From: a virus
Lineage: Duplodnaviria; Caudoviricetes
Length of the DNA: 64,000 nt
Virus record (IMG/VR): IMGVR_UViG_2974782369_000001
Span: 32,001-96,000 of that record
Reading direction: 5' to 3' (one strand)
Part shown: positions 18,922 through 28,798 of the stretch, piece by piece
Numbering within the stretch: position 1 is the first letter of the stretch
How the letters are laid out: every line of letters begins with the position of its first letter
Position numbers and translations under genes: made by a program
The notes under the pieces: model-generated
What the model was told of the DNA's origin: nothing
Seen by the model: the letters and a program-made list of their open reading frames with translations, nothing else
The model's database searches: none

Positions 18922-19619
18922 AAAAAAGATGCTAGACCTTCGATAACAACCTCATTCTTTACTTTGGTATTTGGATTGGTGATCTCAAGTGTGTGAGACA
19001 GTTTTGGCATGGTTTCAAAAAATTCCTGGACCATCCTAAACTGCTTACTATTCATGGATTCAAAAAATTCAATCAACTCTGCTTTGGGAGTATCCTTACA
19101 AAGATAGACTTGATTTTCATCAGCGATAGATTCAGCACAACCTGCTGCCAATTCAAAAACTTCATCCATACCAGTGCCAGTGAAATTCATTTTCACAAAC
19201 ATATCCATACTAGGATATCCCATGGTCAGCATTACATTATCATCAAGCTTAATTTCTCTCTTATGATTTGGATTGATTTGCACTTCAATCTCATCAAGAG
19301 GAATATTAACTTTCACCTGAGTTTCATTATCATCGGGGCAAGTAATATTCACCTCAACACTTTCACCAACAGATGAAGCACGAATCTTCAAAAACAAATA
19401 CTCAATATCAAAAGTTGCAAGTTTATTGACATTTCGGACATCTGTGCAGGAAGAAAGAATATTTCTAACTGCATCAATCATATCCTCCTGCTCACCAGTC
19501 TCCATTGCAAGGAACAGAAGTTTTTCTTCTTTCACCAAGAATGGTCTATATTTTACTTTTGCTCCTGTTGAAGGTAATTTGCAATTATACTGGGGGACAT
19601 TTAACTTAGGTAGTGCCAT
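18915..19619 (-). CDS. gp26: baseplate hub assembly protein gp26
   Basis: MALPKL..P.Y..LPS..KYRPFLVKEEK, DIEYLFLKIRA.SVGE, GLASFF. Confidence 0.9.
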   Translation of the reverse strand: MALPKLNVPQYNCKLPSTGAKVKYRPFLVKEEKLLFLAMETGEQEDMIDAVRNILSSCTDVRNVNKLATFDIEYLFLKIRASSVGESVEVNITCPDDNETQVKVNIPLDEIEVQINPNHKREIKLDDNVMLTMGYPSMDMFVKMNFTGTGMDEVFELAAGCAESIADENQVYLCKDTPKAELIEFFESMNSKQFRMVQEFFETMPKLSHTLEITNPNTKVKNEVVIEGLASFFE

Positions 19620-19644
19620 AGTGTAATCAATTCAGTAATTTTAT

Positions 19645-20481
19645 TTATGTGCCTAGATTTCGAGCCCTCTCTCTTGGATCAACAACTGCTCTACTGCTAA
19701 CACTAGCAGGAGTTCCAGCACTACTACTAACGGTTGCTGCTCCGTTTGGATTTGAAGGTGTCGCTCCTGTAGCACCATACGCTGTTCCAGGACTATCAAA
19801 GAAACCATCTCCATAGAATCTATAACGCTCATACATGAAAGTAACATCAAACTGGAGAAGTCCTGCTTGATCATTCGTAAGAGTCATCGATCCAATATTT
19901 TGAGGGAATACGTTGCGTATATCGTATATACCCACCAATTTATCTTGCTTATATTTGATTATTTTTTCAGGATCAATAGATCTATCTCTTAAAATTCTCA
20001 ACCACTCTGCAGGAAGAGCAAACTCTGGTCCTCCCCCTCTCTCCCACTTATAAATGTGAAGATGTGGACAAACATAATTTTCGTAATAATCAGTGTATTG
20101 ATTAGCATCACTCGACATTGTGCTAATCCATCTCTCAAAAATCATACGAGTTTTATGATTTCTGGGCATTGTAAATGAAATGCTAATCTGACTAAATGTC
20201 GATGACGTAGCATAATTATAGGTAGATCCGATATTAGTTACAGATCCAGTGGTGACTTGCTTACTAGGAAGATTTATACTATTGGCATAAAAATTCAACA
20301 ACTTTGAATTGTCACCTACTTCCAGATTGTATTTGGGAAGTTTTGCAAGAACCTTCGGAGTAGCAAACGAAACGCTATACCTATTATTATGTGCAGGGTG
20401 GTTGTCTTCCACCATTGCCCACGACATAAACTCAGAGAGTCTCTGTTTAGGTGCTCTAGATTTTGAAATGTTAAGATCCAT
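19645..20481 (-). CDS. tail tube-like protein (gp19/gp54 family)
   Basis: NLPSK, FERW, VFPQNIG..L, FDVTF.Y motifs. Confidence 0.65.
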   Translation of the reverse strand: MDLNISKSRAPKQRLSEFMSWAMVEDNHPAHNNRYSVSFATPKVLAKLPKYNLEVGDNSKLLNFYANSINLPSKQVTTGSVTNIGSTYNYATSSTFSQISISFTMPRNHKTRMIFERWISTMSSDANQYTDYYENYVCPHLHIYKWERGGGPEFALPAEWLRILRDRSIDPEKIIKYKQDKLVGIYDIRNVFPQNIGSMTLTNDQAGLLQFDVTFMYERYRFYGDGFFDSPGTAYGATGATPSNPNGAATVSSSAGTPASVSSRAVVDPRERARNLGT

Positions 20482-20900
20482 TAGACTTTAAGTTCTTTTT
20501 CGGTAATCAACATAAATTCCCAATTATTGTCTTTGCAGAATTCTTCTGCTGCCTTCCATTTTGCTTGATTCACACTCCAAGTAACAACTTCATTAATATA
20601 ACGTTTTGTCATCCTCTTTTGAGTCTTGGGCTCTTTTGTTTGCCTGAAAGGTTTCACTTCAACAAGATATTTCTTATTGGCAATTTTTACATAAAAATCA
20701 GGGAAATATCGATGTCTTTTACCATCAACAGGAGAGATATATGGAATAATTATTTCCTCACTACCCCACTCAATAACTGAGGGAGTAATATCGCACCATT
20801 TCATAAATTTGTATTCCCAGGAGGAGCGATAAATAATATTATTAGAATCACCTTTATATTTGCGAGGGAAGGATGGAGTGTAACGTCCTTGATACCTCAT
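20481..20900 (-). CDS. gp4: head completion nuclease gp4
   Basis: YRSSWE.KFM.WCD, HRYFPDF, EVKP, NQAKW motifs. Confidence 0.92.
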   Translation of the reverse strand: MRYQGRYTPSFPRKYKGDSNNIIYRSSWEYKFMKWCDITPSVIEWGSEEIIIPYISPVDGKRHRYFPDFYVKIANKKYLVEVKPFRQTKEPKTQKRMTKRYINEVVTWSVNQAKWKAAEEFCKDNNWEFMLITEKELKV

Positions 20901-20935
20901 AAATAACATCGTATAGTACACTTGCAACTATTTAG

Positions 20936-22003
20936 GTGGCACAAGCGAAGATTCTAAGATACCCACTAAAAGTGCCTGTAGAGGGCGATATGCTGGATAG
21001 TGCGGATGCTCCAACAGGAAGAGTTGACTATCTGAAAATTCAAAGATTCCGAGTAAACCACGAAAAATCTGAAGGTGGATATGGTGGATCCAACCTACCA
21101 GGAAACAAACAAGCAACAGATCTATCTCCCGATGGTGTTGTATATATTGCAATGCCTCAGTCAATTTCCACAAGTTATCAAGCAGATTACAACGCTGTCA
21201 ATATGGGTATTGCGGGTGTGCTTGGTGCAGGTGTTGCTGCAGCAATCGGTGGTGGATCGGATGCTGATCAACTTACCAATCAAGTAATGTCTGCTGCATC
21301 TGCTGCTCTGCCAGAGATTGCATACAACAAAGGTGCTAGTATTATTTCCAACCTTGCAAACCTTGCAGGTATGGAAACTGGTGTAAATGGTGCCGCTCTA
21401 CAAAACCTTGTAAAAGGTAGGATTATGAATCCTTTTACAGAGCAAATCTTCAATGGCGTCCAATTTAGACAGCATCAGTTTACTATTAAAATGGTTGCTA
21501 GAAGCAAAAAAGAAGCAGAAGATATTTTAGGGATTATCAAATATATCAAAAAGGGTGCAATGCCTTTACTTGGCGATGCCGTTAAGGAAGAAGAAGATCA
21601 ACTCAAACAGTCTGATACAGGAAAACAATTAGAATCAAAAGCAGGTGATGCTTCTGGTGATACGAGTATTACAGAAAAAGTTGAGCAGGCAGGCACCACA
21701 GTAAATAGAAAAGGTAAATTCCTACAAATCCCAGACAGATTCCAGTTATCGTTTGTGAGACTTGATTCTGCTACAGGAAAACTTACTCATTTACCACATT
21801 ATAAATTTCAACCTTGTGTTTGTATAAACGTATCAGTAAATTATACTCCTGATGGGCAGTATGTGTCATTCAAAGACGGTATTGCAGATTTGTCTTCGAC
21901 AAATAAAGGAGGAAAACAGTTATTAGTCCCAGCAGTTGAGCTTGGTATGTCATTTGCAGAAACAAGATTTATCACTCAAGCAGATATTATCGCAGGATAC
22001 TAA
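20936..22003 (+). CDS. gp48: baseplate tail tube cap gp48
   Basis: LRYP, YIAMP, NPFTEQIF.GV.FR, C..VSVNYTP motifs; divergent from gp4. Confidence 0.85.
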   Translation: MAQAKILRYPLKVPVEGDMLDSADAPTGRVDYLKIQRFRVNHEKSEGGYGGSNLPGNKQATDLSPDGVVYIAMPQSISTSYQADYNAVNMGIAGVLGAGVAAAIGGGSDADQLTNQVMSAASAALPEIAYNKGASIISNLANLAGMETGVNGAALQNLVKGRIMNPFTEQIFNGVQFRQHQFTIKMVARSKKEAEDILGIIKYIKKGAMPLLGDAVKEEEDQLKQSDTGKQLESKAGDASGDTSITEKVEQAGTTVNRKGKFLQIPDRFQLSFVRLDSATGKLTHLPHYKFQPCVCINVSVNYTPDGQYVSFKDGIADLSSTNKGGKQLLVPAVELGMSFAETRFITQADIIAGY

Positions 22004-22005
22004 TC

Positions 22006-22854
22006 ATGCCAGCATATTTTTCATATTTACCAGATATATTCGTTGGCAATGAAACTGCCGACGAAAGAGTAGACTATAAACTAGTTAAAAATATTTTTCG
22101 GCGTGTGCAAGTTGATGCTGCATTAGAAAAATATTCTACCGAATTTGAAGCATATGTAATCCCAGAAGGGACTAGACCAGAAATGCTAGCATATGATCTC
22201 TTTGGAGATAGTGAATTAGATTGGGTTATCCTCTTGACAAATAATATACATGACATTTACGATGATTGGCCCAAAGAAAGTCATGTATTAGCAAATTATA
22301 CCGAAGAAAAATATGGTGATTGGGATGGAGTGCATCATTGGGAGACTAGAGAAGTCCGTTATAATGACGCAATTTTCCTACAAAGTGGAATTGAAGTAAA
22401 CGAAACCTTTAGAGTAACGTTGCCAAATGGTATTGCATATAGCAAAGAGCAGTCTATTTACCCTGTAAGCAATATTGAGCACGAAACATATCTAAATGAG
22501 CAAAAAAGGTTGATCGTAATTCCTAATGGAAATCTGCTAGACTTCTTCCTTGAAGATTTCAGTGATTTGGTTTCTTACCAAGATTGTAGAGAATTAAATG
22601 AAGAAGGTGTGAAGAAGACTGCCATTTCTGTTGTAGGTAAATTCTTAGATAGAAAAGAGTATAGAAGAAGCACTTCGGCATCTGCTTCAGTATCTGAAAC
22701 TGTTACGTCCTTCGATTATGGTCCAACAGGAGGATCTACAACTTCCACTGCTGTTGGTAATACAGTAACTACAACCACTGTCGCACCAGCAACTGTCTCA
22801 ACGACATCAAGCACTTCATCTTCTTCTGGATCTTCTGGTAGCAGCGGATACTAA
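22006..22854 (+). CDS. gp53: baseplate wedge protein gp53
   Basis: YFSYLP, KNIFRR, RPE..A..LFG...DWVILL.N, VHHWET. Confidence 0.88.
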   Translation: MPAYFSYLPDIFVGNETADERVDYKLVKNIFRRVQVDAALEKYSTEFEAYVIPEGTRPEMLAYDLFGDSELDWVILLTNNIHDIYDDWPKESHVLANYTEEKYGDWDGVHHWETREVRYNDAIFLQSGIEVNETFRVTLPNGIAYSKEQSIYPVSNIEHETYLNEQKRLIVIPNGNLLDFFLEDFSDLVSYQDCRELNEEGVKKTAISVVGKFLDRKEYRRSTSASASVSETVTSFDYGPTGGSTTSTAVGNTVTTTTVAPATVSTTSSTSSSSGSSGSSGY

Positions 22855-22926
22855 AAAACCTTAGGGACCCAATTTTTGGCGGGATTTTTTTTCCGCTTTT
22901 TTGGGAACCTAAGGTCGATTTTGTTT
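22853..22926. terminator. bidirectional terminator region
   Basis: Nested inverted repeats (CCTTAGG/CCTAAGG, CCCAA/TTGGG, GCGG/CCGC) with A/T tracts between convergent genes. Confidence 0.65.
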
Positions 22927-23274
22927 TCAGTGATCGTGATACTTTCTCCAGCAAGGTTCTCTTACTGTCTCATAATAGTAGTCAACGAATCTACCTCTTG
23001 AGTCACGCACCTCTCGATACTCTCGGTGCTCACACATTGCTCTTCTTGGGCGATGGTGATAGTGATGATGGTGATGGTCACTCTTGAATGGTTCCCAAAA
23101 CTCACCCCATGTGACTGCTTGAGCAGGAGAAGCAAACCCAACCAACGCCACCGTAGAGGCGAGTAGTTTTGCTTTGAGAGCAGCACGACGCTTCTTTGCT
23201 TGGCGCAGTGCCTGAGGTTTCAGGGTGCGCTTTGCTTCTTTCTTAGAATGGTGTTGCCAGTTGGGTGTTGTCAT
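22927..23274 (-). CDS. hypothetical protein, basic N-terminus plus His-rich C-terminus
   Basis: 115 aa, coupled to the gp32 stop. Confidence 0.6.
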   Translation of the reverse strand: MTTPNWQHHSKKEAKRTLKPQALRQAKKRRAALKAKLLASTVALVGFASPAQAVTWGEFWEPFKSDHHHHHYHHRPRRAMCEHREYREVRDSRGRFVDYYYETVREPCWRKYHDH

Positions 23275-24206
23275 CAGTCTTCCTCAGCGAGGCGAGCGAA
23301 ATAGGACATTGCATCATCTTCATCATCGACAGGAGAGGAAGCAACTGCTTTCTCTCGGAAGTCGGAAACTTCACGACCCCACGACTCAGAAGGCATGGGT
23401 TTTGCGATCACTTCCTCTTCCTCTTCATTGAAAGTGGGACGAGGAGCAGGTGCAGGAGCATTGCCGAGCACCAGATTCAGACGCTGTTGCAGTTGCTCAT
23501 AGGTCTTGAAGTTTTTAGCGTCTTCAAACTCTGCAAGAGAGTATGCTTGCTTCCAGATTGCCTCCAGTTTGTCATCAGACAGGTCTTCCAGAGTGCCAGG
23601 AGAGGCAAACTCAGACTTGTCATAATTCCAATAACCATCGACCTTGCGGATCTTCAGTTTGAAGTCAGCACCAGTCCAGAAGTTGAAAGGATCCAGAGGA
23701 GTCTCGTCAGCAAATGCAGGTTGCATTGCTTCTACCAGTTTGTCAAAGATCTTCTTACCAAACTTGTAGAGGAAGACACGACCCTCATTCTCAGGGTGAG
23801 CAGGATCGCTCACGACATAGATGTTAGCGTAGTAGGAGAGTTTGCGCTTTTGAGCACGGGCAACTTCCTTGTCACGATCAGATCCAGAATTCCAAAGAGT
23901 GCGATTCAATTCAGAAACAGGATCATCCTTACCGAGAGTGGTGAGGGAATTCTCAATATACCATTGACCACCAGGACCCTTGAAAGCATGGGACCAGACC
24001 TTTGCCCAAGGCATTTCTTCGCCATCGGGTGCAGGGAGGAAACGGATCACTGCGTAACCGTTACCAGACTTATCCAACTCAGGTTTCCAGAGGCGCTCGT
24101 CAGGACCACTCGATGCCTGAGGTTGGTTGATTTTTTCGATCTCTTTGGTCAGTTTTGCCAGCGAGTTGCCAGCAGCAGACGCTTTCTTGAGAGATGCAAA
24201 GGACAT
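23274..24206 (-). CDS. gp32: single-stranded DNA-binding protein gp32
   Basis: GNGYAVIRFLP, WYIENS, YKFGKKIFDK, acidic tail. Confidence 0.95.
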   Translation of the reverse strand: MSFASLKKASAAGNSLAKLTKEIEKINQPQASSGPDERLWKPELDKSGNGYAVIRFLPAPDGEEMPWAKVWSHAFKGPGGQWYIENSLTTLGKDDPVSELNRTLWNSGSDRDKEVARAQKRKLSYYANIYVVSDPAHPENEGRVFLYKFGKKIFDKLVEAMQPAFADETPLDPFNFWTGADFKLKIRKVDGYWNYDKSEFASPGTLEDLSDDKLEAIWKQAYSLAEFEDAKNFKTYEQLQQRLNLVLGNAPAPAPRPTFNEEEEEVIAKPMPSESWGREVSDFREKAVASSPVDDEDDAMSYFARLAEED

Positions 24207-24258
24207 TTCGTATTCTCCGTATTGTTAGTGTGTAGTTGTGTGTGTTTGCTACTGGGTT

Positions 24259-24287
24259 ATCGTAGCATACTATTTAGTCACGGTCAA
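24259..24287 (-). promoter_or_regulatory. sigma70-type promoter with embedded late-like CTAAATA upstream of gp32
   Basis: TTGACC-17-TACGAT. Confidence 0.6.
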
Positions 24288-24606
24288 TGGTCTGTTGTGC
24301 CGCTTTCTCAAGTGTCTGCACCATTGCTTCCATGCACTCAGGTAGGGTGTTGTATCCAAAAGCATTACACAGAGCATTGATGCGCTGTTTCATGTCTGCT
24401 GCTTCAGGATCTTCGCTTGCTGCCAGAGCAAGCCGTGTGTAAAAAGTCCTCTGTCTATCGATAAGGTTTTTACAGTCTTCAATGTGCTCCAGTTTTTCTT
24501 CTGTAGTCATTGTGCTAATTTGTGAGGTGCGACTTGCAACCTCTTGATAAGTTTGAAAAATTTCATGCAAGTTTTCTTGCACTTGATCTGACTTGAAAAA
24601 ACTCAT
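24274..24606 (-). CDS. DUF1825-like cyanobacterial protein
   Basis: MSFFKSDQVQ...FY.RL.L...DPEA..MK. Confidence 0.75.
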   Translation of the reverse strand: MSFFKSDQVQENLHEIFQTYQEVASRTSQISTMTTEEKLEHIEDCKNLIDRQRTFYTRLALAASEDPEAADMKQRINALCNAFGYNTLPECMEAMVQTLEKAAQQTIDRD

Positions 24607-25202
24607 AGCTTTGCCTTAATTGTCTCTAAAATTATCTTCTTATATTTCTTGCAGTCAATCGCCAGGAAAGGTTGATACTTAGTGATCTTAAGTTTGATAT
24701 CATTCCACATAGGATCAGTCAATACCTTATCAATACGACTTACATACTGAAGACAGTGGTCAAATACAACTAGAGTTTCTAAATTAACTTCACCTGCATA
24801 GTATCTTTTCAGGAGGATAGGATGCTTACCTCTTTGTGCTTGGAATAATTTGTCAAAGTTTTCTTCGTAGGGAAATCCAACGTCATCTAGAAGCAGATCA
24901 ATATCCTGTTTAAATTTATAAGTAAAAGACTCTTGATGAATCTTCCACTTAGTATAGACATCTGTGCTGAAGTTGCGTAGATATCCTTTGGAATCATTAA
25001 CAAAATTAGCAACGAAATACTCCAGCATAGAATCGCTAGAATACTTCGTTGCTAGTTTCTTGAAAAAATATACGTCGTTTCGTCCTTCAAAAGACTTTTC
25101 GCTTGCGCGAGTCTTACCATTGTATTTCACATAATCATAATCAGGTTTAGTGAAGTGATTTTTTAATGCGAGATACATTTTATACACTTCAAATCCAGTC
25201 AC
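24603..25202 (-). CDS. gp59: helicase loader gp59
   Basis: YKMYLALKNHF..YDY.KYNGK, FFKKL. Confidence 0.9.
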   Translation of the reverse strand: MTGFEVYKMYLALKNHFTKPDYDYVKYNGKTRASEKSFEGRNDVYFFKKLATKYSSDSMLEYFVANFVNDSKGYLRNFSTDVYTKWKIHQESFTYKFKQDIDLLLDDVGFPYEENFDKLFQAQRGKHPILLKRYYAGEVNLETLVVFDHCLQYVSRIDKVLTDPMWNDIKLKITKYQPFLAIDCKKYKKIILETIKAKL

Positions 25203-25450
25203 AATGGCAGCACTCCTCTAGAAGATTTTTTCATGTAATTCATTCGCTGAGCTTCATGCCGTAGTCTTTCCTTCAGAGGTTTAGACAACAATTTTGGCAC
25301 ACTTTCCATCTCAATTTCATTCTCCTGGCAGAAGGTAACTACTGCCTCGATGTAAGTGATCAAACCATTGCTGGTTTTAACCAACCTCTCAATTTCCATA
25401 GAAAATTTTGAGGGTGTCATAAACTTTTCCTCAGGATTATCCTTTGGCAT
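25199..25450 (-). CDS. gp33: late promoter co-activator gp33
   Basis: KFSMEIE, YIEAV..FC..NEIE, KLLSKPLKE, LPL end. Confidence 0.88.
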   Translation of the reverse strand: MPKDNPEEKFMTPSKFSMEIERLVKTSNGLITYIEAVVTFCQENEIEMESVPKLLSKPLKERLRHEAQRMNYMKKSSRGVLPL

Positions 25451-26123
25451 TTCTTCCCCCAGCAAATTCTTCGATGTAGGTTTTAAGTAACTGTAAATAG
25501 TCATCAAGATTGTACTTCTCAAACACTTGAATAGACCCGTCTTCAACCGCGATAAGTGTGACAATTTTCTTTACCTCAATTCCTGTCCTTTCCAGAAACA
25601 TAGCAGCGTAGGCAGTCTCTTGCACAAAGTAGTGCTCGATGTGATCTTCGCTTTTAGGTTTCGTTGAAGTTTTGAAATCGATTACTGCCAACTCACCATC
25701 AAACTCTGCAATACAATCTACTCGACCAGCAAGACCAAGATAGTGAGAGTATAAAAAGGTTTCTAAACAGTGAATGTTGTTGATTCGATCAAGGGTCGTC
25801 TTTGCAGACTGAAACATTCTAACAGATAATGGATTGTTTGCCAAGTATTTGTCAATATCCAATACTCCTTTGAAATAATCTTCGGAGAGTGCGTGGAATG
25901 CTGTCCCCCTTTGAGTTGCTCTAGCAGTAATACGATTTGCCTCTGCTTCACCAATTCTTTTTCGCCATTCGGCAAAGAACTGCGCGTTCTTAAACGAGGT
26001 GATTGAGGTTACACTTGGATAATATTTATCTGCCCCAGGAATGGGGTAGAATCTTACACCATCTTCGCTCACAGGATCGACATCAACTTCGTTGACATCA
26101 ACATCAATAAAATTAAAAGGCAT
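25437..26123 (-). CDS. PD-(D/E)XK exonuclease
   Basis: YPSVTS, RGT.FH, AGRVDC, IDFKTS, Q..AYA. Confidence 0.88.
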   Translation of the reverse strand: MPFNFIDVDVNEVDVDPVSEDGVRFYPIPGADKYYPSVTSITSFKNAQFFAEWRKRIGEAEANRITARATQRGTAFHALSEDYFKGVLDIDKYLANNPLSVRMFQSAKTTLDRINNIHCLETFLYSHYLGLAGRVDCIAEFDGELAVIDFKTSTKPKSEDHIEHYFVQETAYAAMFLERTGIEVKKIVTLIAVEDGSIQVFEKYNLDDYLQLLKTYIEEFAGGRNAKG

Positions 26124-26884
26124 TAGAATCCAAGATTGTATTTGTTAATAAGATAAGATTTGACTAGACCAGATCTAACGATATCTTCGATACCAAATTC
26201 GATGCAGGTAAACTCTTTCATGTTTTGAAGAATCTTAATGAAGTCTGCAATACCAGTCTTTTCATACTGTTTAACCAGATCAGACTGAGTAATGTCACCA
26301 CAAAACATAATTTTAGAATCTTCACCCACACGAGTGATCATCGAGTCAAGCTCGTGGAAGTTGAGGTTAGAGAATTCATCGACGATAACAATACAGTTAT
26401 CGAGAGTGACACCACGGATAAAACTAGTAGACCAAAAAGAAATAGTCTCTTGCGCTCTGAGGTTGTCATACAACATATCAAACGAGTTGTCATCAGGCAT
26501 ACTAAACATATACCTTACCATATTTTTATATGGAATTTGATAGAGAGCAGACTTGTCTTCATGATCGCCAGGAAGGAAACCAATCTCTCTAGTAGGGACG
26601 AGTGATCTTACAATATAAATTTTATCATAAGGTGTATTTTCGTCAAGCACTTCTTGCAAAGCAAGATAGAGCGTGATGAAAGTCTTACCAGTGCCAGCTG
26701 CTCCGTGAAGCAATAAGTTTTGTCCTAACCCATACTGCTCAAAAGCAGTCTCTTGATTAGAGGTAAGTGGATTGATAGGGACCATGTAGGACTTATCAAT
26801 CGGTTTCTTTCTTCGGATTTGTTTAGCAGACATACCTGGAGGAACTGGAGGACCACCATTATTACGCTTTCTTGCTCTTGTCAT
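26123..26884 (-). CDS. phoH: PhoH family ATPase
   Basis: GAAGTGKT, IGFLPG, FIRG.T, DE..N, DIVRS. Confidence 0.95.
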   Translation of the reverse strand: MTRARKRNNGGPPVPPGMSAKQIRRKKPIDKSYMVPINPLTSNQETAFEQYGLGQNLLLHGAAGTGKTFITLYLALQEVLDENTPYDKIYIVRSLVPTREIGFLPGDHEDKSALYQIPYKNMVRYMFSMPDDNSFDMLYDNLRAQETISFWSTSFIRGVTLDNCIVIVDEFSNLNFHELDSMITRVGEDSKIMFCGDITQSDLVKQYEKTGIADFIKILQNMKEFTCIEFGIEDIVRSGLVKSYLINKYNLGF

Positions 26885-26887
26885 AGT

Positions 26888-27118
26888 TTAGGTGAAACGA
26901 CTCAGGTTTGCACGGGGATGTGCTTTTTGGACTTTGGACATCACTTCTTTGAATCCGTCAGACTGTTTGGGTTGACCGTAGGTTACCCCACCGACACCTT
27001 CCATCCAATCCTTATCCCAGTCGGGATTTTCTGCCCGCCAGGTTTCGTATTCTTTCATGCTCATATAGAGAGTTTGTTTCTCTCCTGTCGTTTTATTTAT
27101 TACTGGGTAAGAAGGCAT
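26888..27118 (-). CDS. small conserved phage protein (FmdB-like)
   Basis: MPSYPV.N..TGE...GFKEVMSKV..AHP. Confidence 0.7.
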   Translation of the reverse strand: MPSYPVINKTTGEKQTLYMSMKEYETWRAENPDWDKDWMEGVGGVTYGQPKQSDGFKEVMSKVQKAHPRANLSRFT

Positions 27119-27828
27119 TAATCGATCCTCAATGATGGTTGAATGCAGTTGCAATCGTCTAGATGCTGAGAGCATCCACAATCGCCCTCAGGGCACCATC
27201 CAAGCGCCTCTGAGATGGTCGGAAACTGACAGATGAAGTGCTGCTTACACATCTCTGCAACGTCCTGGTGCTCCTTCTGGGTGCCATGTCCGCAACGCAA
27301 ATCAATGTAGTGCATCCATGAGCGAACTGAGCCCGTCATGTAAATTCTGGTGGGCACTGCCATAGGCAGAATCATGCGAGCACATTCCTTTGCCACACCT
27401 GCTTCCAGCATCTCCTTGTAGACATCCATCGTCTGCTTGAAGTGATACTGCATCCAGATTTCAAACTTCTGCTTGACGAAAGGGTCAAGGTCATCGATAC
27501 TCTTCTGACGATTGGTAGTATCCTGACGACGAAGCTCGGGCAGAGGAATCTCATCACCAAGCAGAGACGAATCTGCATAGCGTTGGGAAAACTCTTGGAA
27601 GGTGAAACTGCGGTGACGTAGAATCTGAGCTGCGATTGCCCTGGTAGTGTTAATCTCCAGAGTCATATGTGCTTGCTCAAAGATGCTCCAGTGCTGGTGT
27701 TTGATACAATACTTCAGCAGACCAGAGACCTTTTCGTTTTCCTGATTAGCGGGATTGCTTACACGAGCAACATACCCAATAGTTTTCTCTGCATCAGGAG
27801 TAACAGAGACCAAACATACTTTAGTCAT
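27118..27828 (-). CDS. thyX: flavin-dependent thymidylate synthase
   Basis: RHRSFTFQEFSQRY motif, ECARMILP. Confidence 0.95.
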   Translation of the reverse strand: MTKVCLVSVTPDAEKTIGYVARVSNPANQENEKVSGLLKYCIKHQHWSIFEQAHMTLEINTTRAIAAQILRHRSFTFQEFSQRYADSSLLGDEIPLPELRRQDTTNRQKSIDDLDPFVKQKFEIWMQYHFKQTMDVYKEMLEAGVAKECARMILPMAVPTRIYMTGSVRSWMHYIDLRCGHGTQKEHQDVAEMCKQHFICQFPTISEALGWCPEGDCGCSQHLDDCNCIQPSLRID

Positions 27829-28079
27829 TTTCTATGAAACAAAATACGAGACATCAAATAAAGTCCAAACGCTTTGAGATATCCGATGGTCGCAAGACCA
27901 AAGAGACCTGGGACTAACCAATTCCATAATAGCATAAAAATCAATGGATCGACAACCATTGTCACAAGAGAGGCAACTGCTTTCATTACCTCTGCTTTTG
28001 CTTTTGCTTTTTCTAATTCTTCAACTTCCTCTTTTGCTTGCTCTTCTTCAGCACGCTTATCAAGATACACGGTTGTCAT
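27825..28079 (-). CDS. small membrane protein
   Basis: Two hydrophobic segments, LWNWLVP.LFGL. Confidence 0.7.
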   Translation of the reverse strand: MTTVYLDKRAEEEQAKEEVEELEKAKAKAEVMKAVASLVTMVVDPLIFMLLWNWLVPGLFGLATIGYLKAFGLYLMSRILFHRK

Positions 28080-28345
28080 TTTTTCTTTTTCTTTTGCTCC
28101 GCTGGATTTTGCCATAGTTTAGGATTCACTCTACCTTCTGATTGAGTCATGTTAATGAGATCGTGTCGATATAGATCCCAATAGTAATCAAAAATTTCAG
28201 ACTTTTTATTTCCATACACTAAATCAAACTTGGTCATACCATCCTGTAGGTATTCAACCAAGTATGCAGTGTAAGGAAGTGACCGATCTTGTGAGAGAGA
28301 TGGGTCACAATCCCTAGCAATAAACTTCAAGAGCGTCCCCCCCAC
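28076..28345 (-). CDS. hypothetical protein (start uncertain)
   Basis: CDP...D.SLP..AYLVEY, IFDYYWD. Confidence 0.65.
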   Translation of the reverse strand: MGGTLLKFIARDCDPSLSQDRSLPYTAYLVEYLQDGMTKFDLVYGNKKSEIFDYYWDLYRHDLINMTQSEGRVNPKLWQNPAEQKKKKK

Positions 28346-28782
28346 TCGATCTGAGGAAATGCTTCAGAGACTACTGCTTTAGTAATTCTCTTATACTTGT
28401 CGCCAAGACGACCGTCTTTAACAAGCACCAACAACTCTGCTTCTTCTGCAGAGAGTCCCTCTAGAAGTTGCACAAACATAGACTCACGCTTCAAACCAGG
28501 AAGTTTAGCACCACCTTTGAAGAAACGATAGAGACCTTTATACTCGTGCTCCAAACGAGTATGATCTGTGCCGACAGGAGCATCATTGGGAGTGTAAGGC
28601 ACATCTCCTTCTGGTAACTCACACACAACACTATCATCAAAGTTGATAATCAACAATTGACGAAGAGCATTGCTGTTGTATCTACGAAGCAGATCAATTT
28701 TTTCCTGCTTCGTTTTTGCATTACTAACTTTTCTAAGCACTTCAGAAATTAATAGTCTTGCAGAACTATTTGTTGTAGCCAT
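28327..28782 (-). CDS. conserved T4-like hypothetical protein
   Basis: LPEGDVPY, RESMFVQLLEGL. Confidence 0.8.
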   Translation of the reverse strand: MATTNSSARLLISEVLRKVSNAKTKQEKIDLLRRYNSNALRQLLIINFDDSVVCELPEGDVPYTPNDAPVGTDHTRLEHEYKGLYRFFKGGAKLPGLKRESMFVQLLEGLSAEEAELLVLVKDGRLGDKYKRITKAVVSEAFPQIEWGGRS

Positions 28783-28798
28783 AATTAAAACTCCTTAA

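Noticed and set aside
22670-22854. Ser/Thr/Gly-rich tail of gp53
   Set aside because: Low-complexity tail with no discrete repeat unit
23265-24380. 371-aa plus-strand ORF
   Set aside because: Antisense shadow of gp32 and the DUF1825-like gene; no motifs, explained by codon bias
25437-26123. Cas4-like nuclease as a CRISPR component
   Set aside because: Standard T4-like exonuclease context with no array or other cas genes
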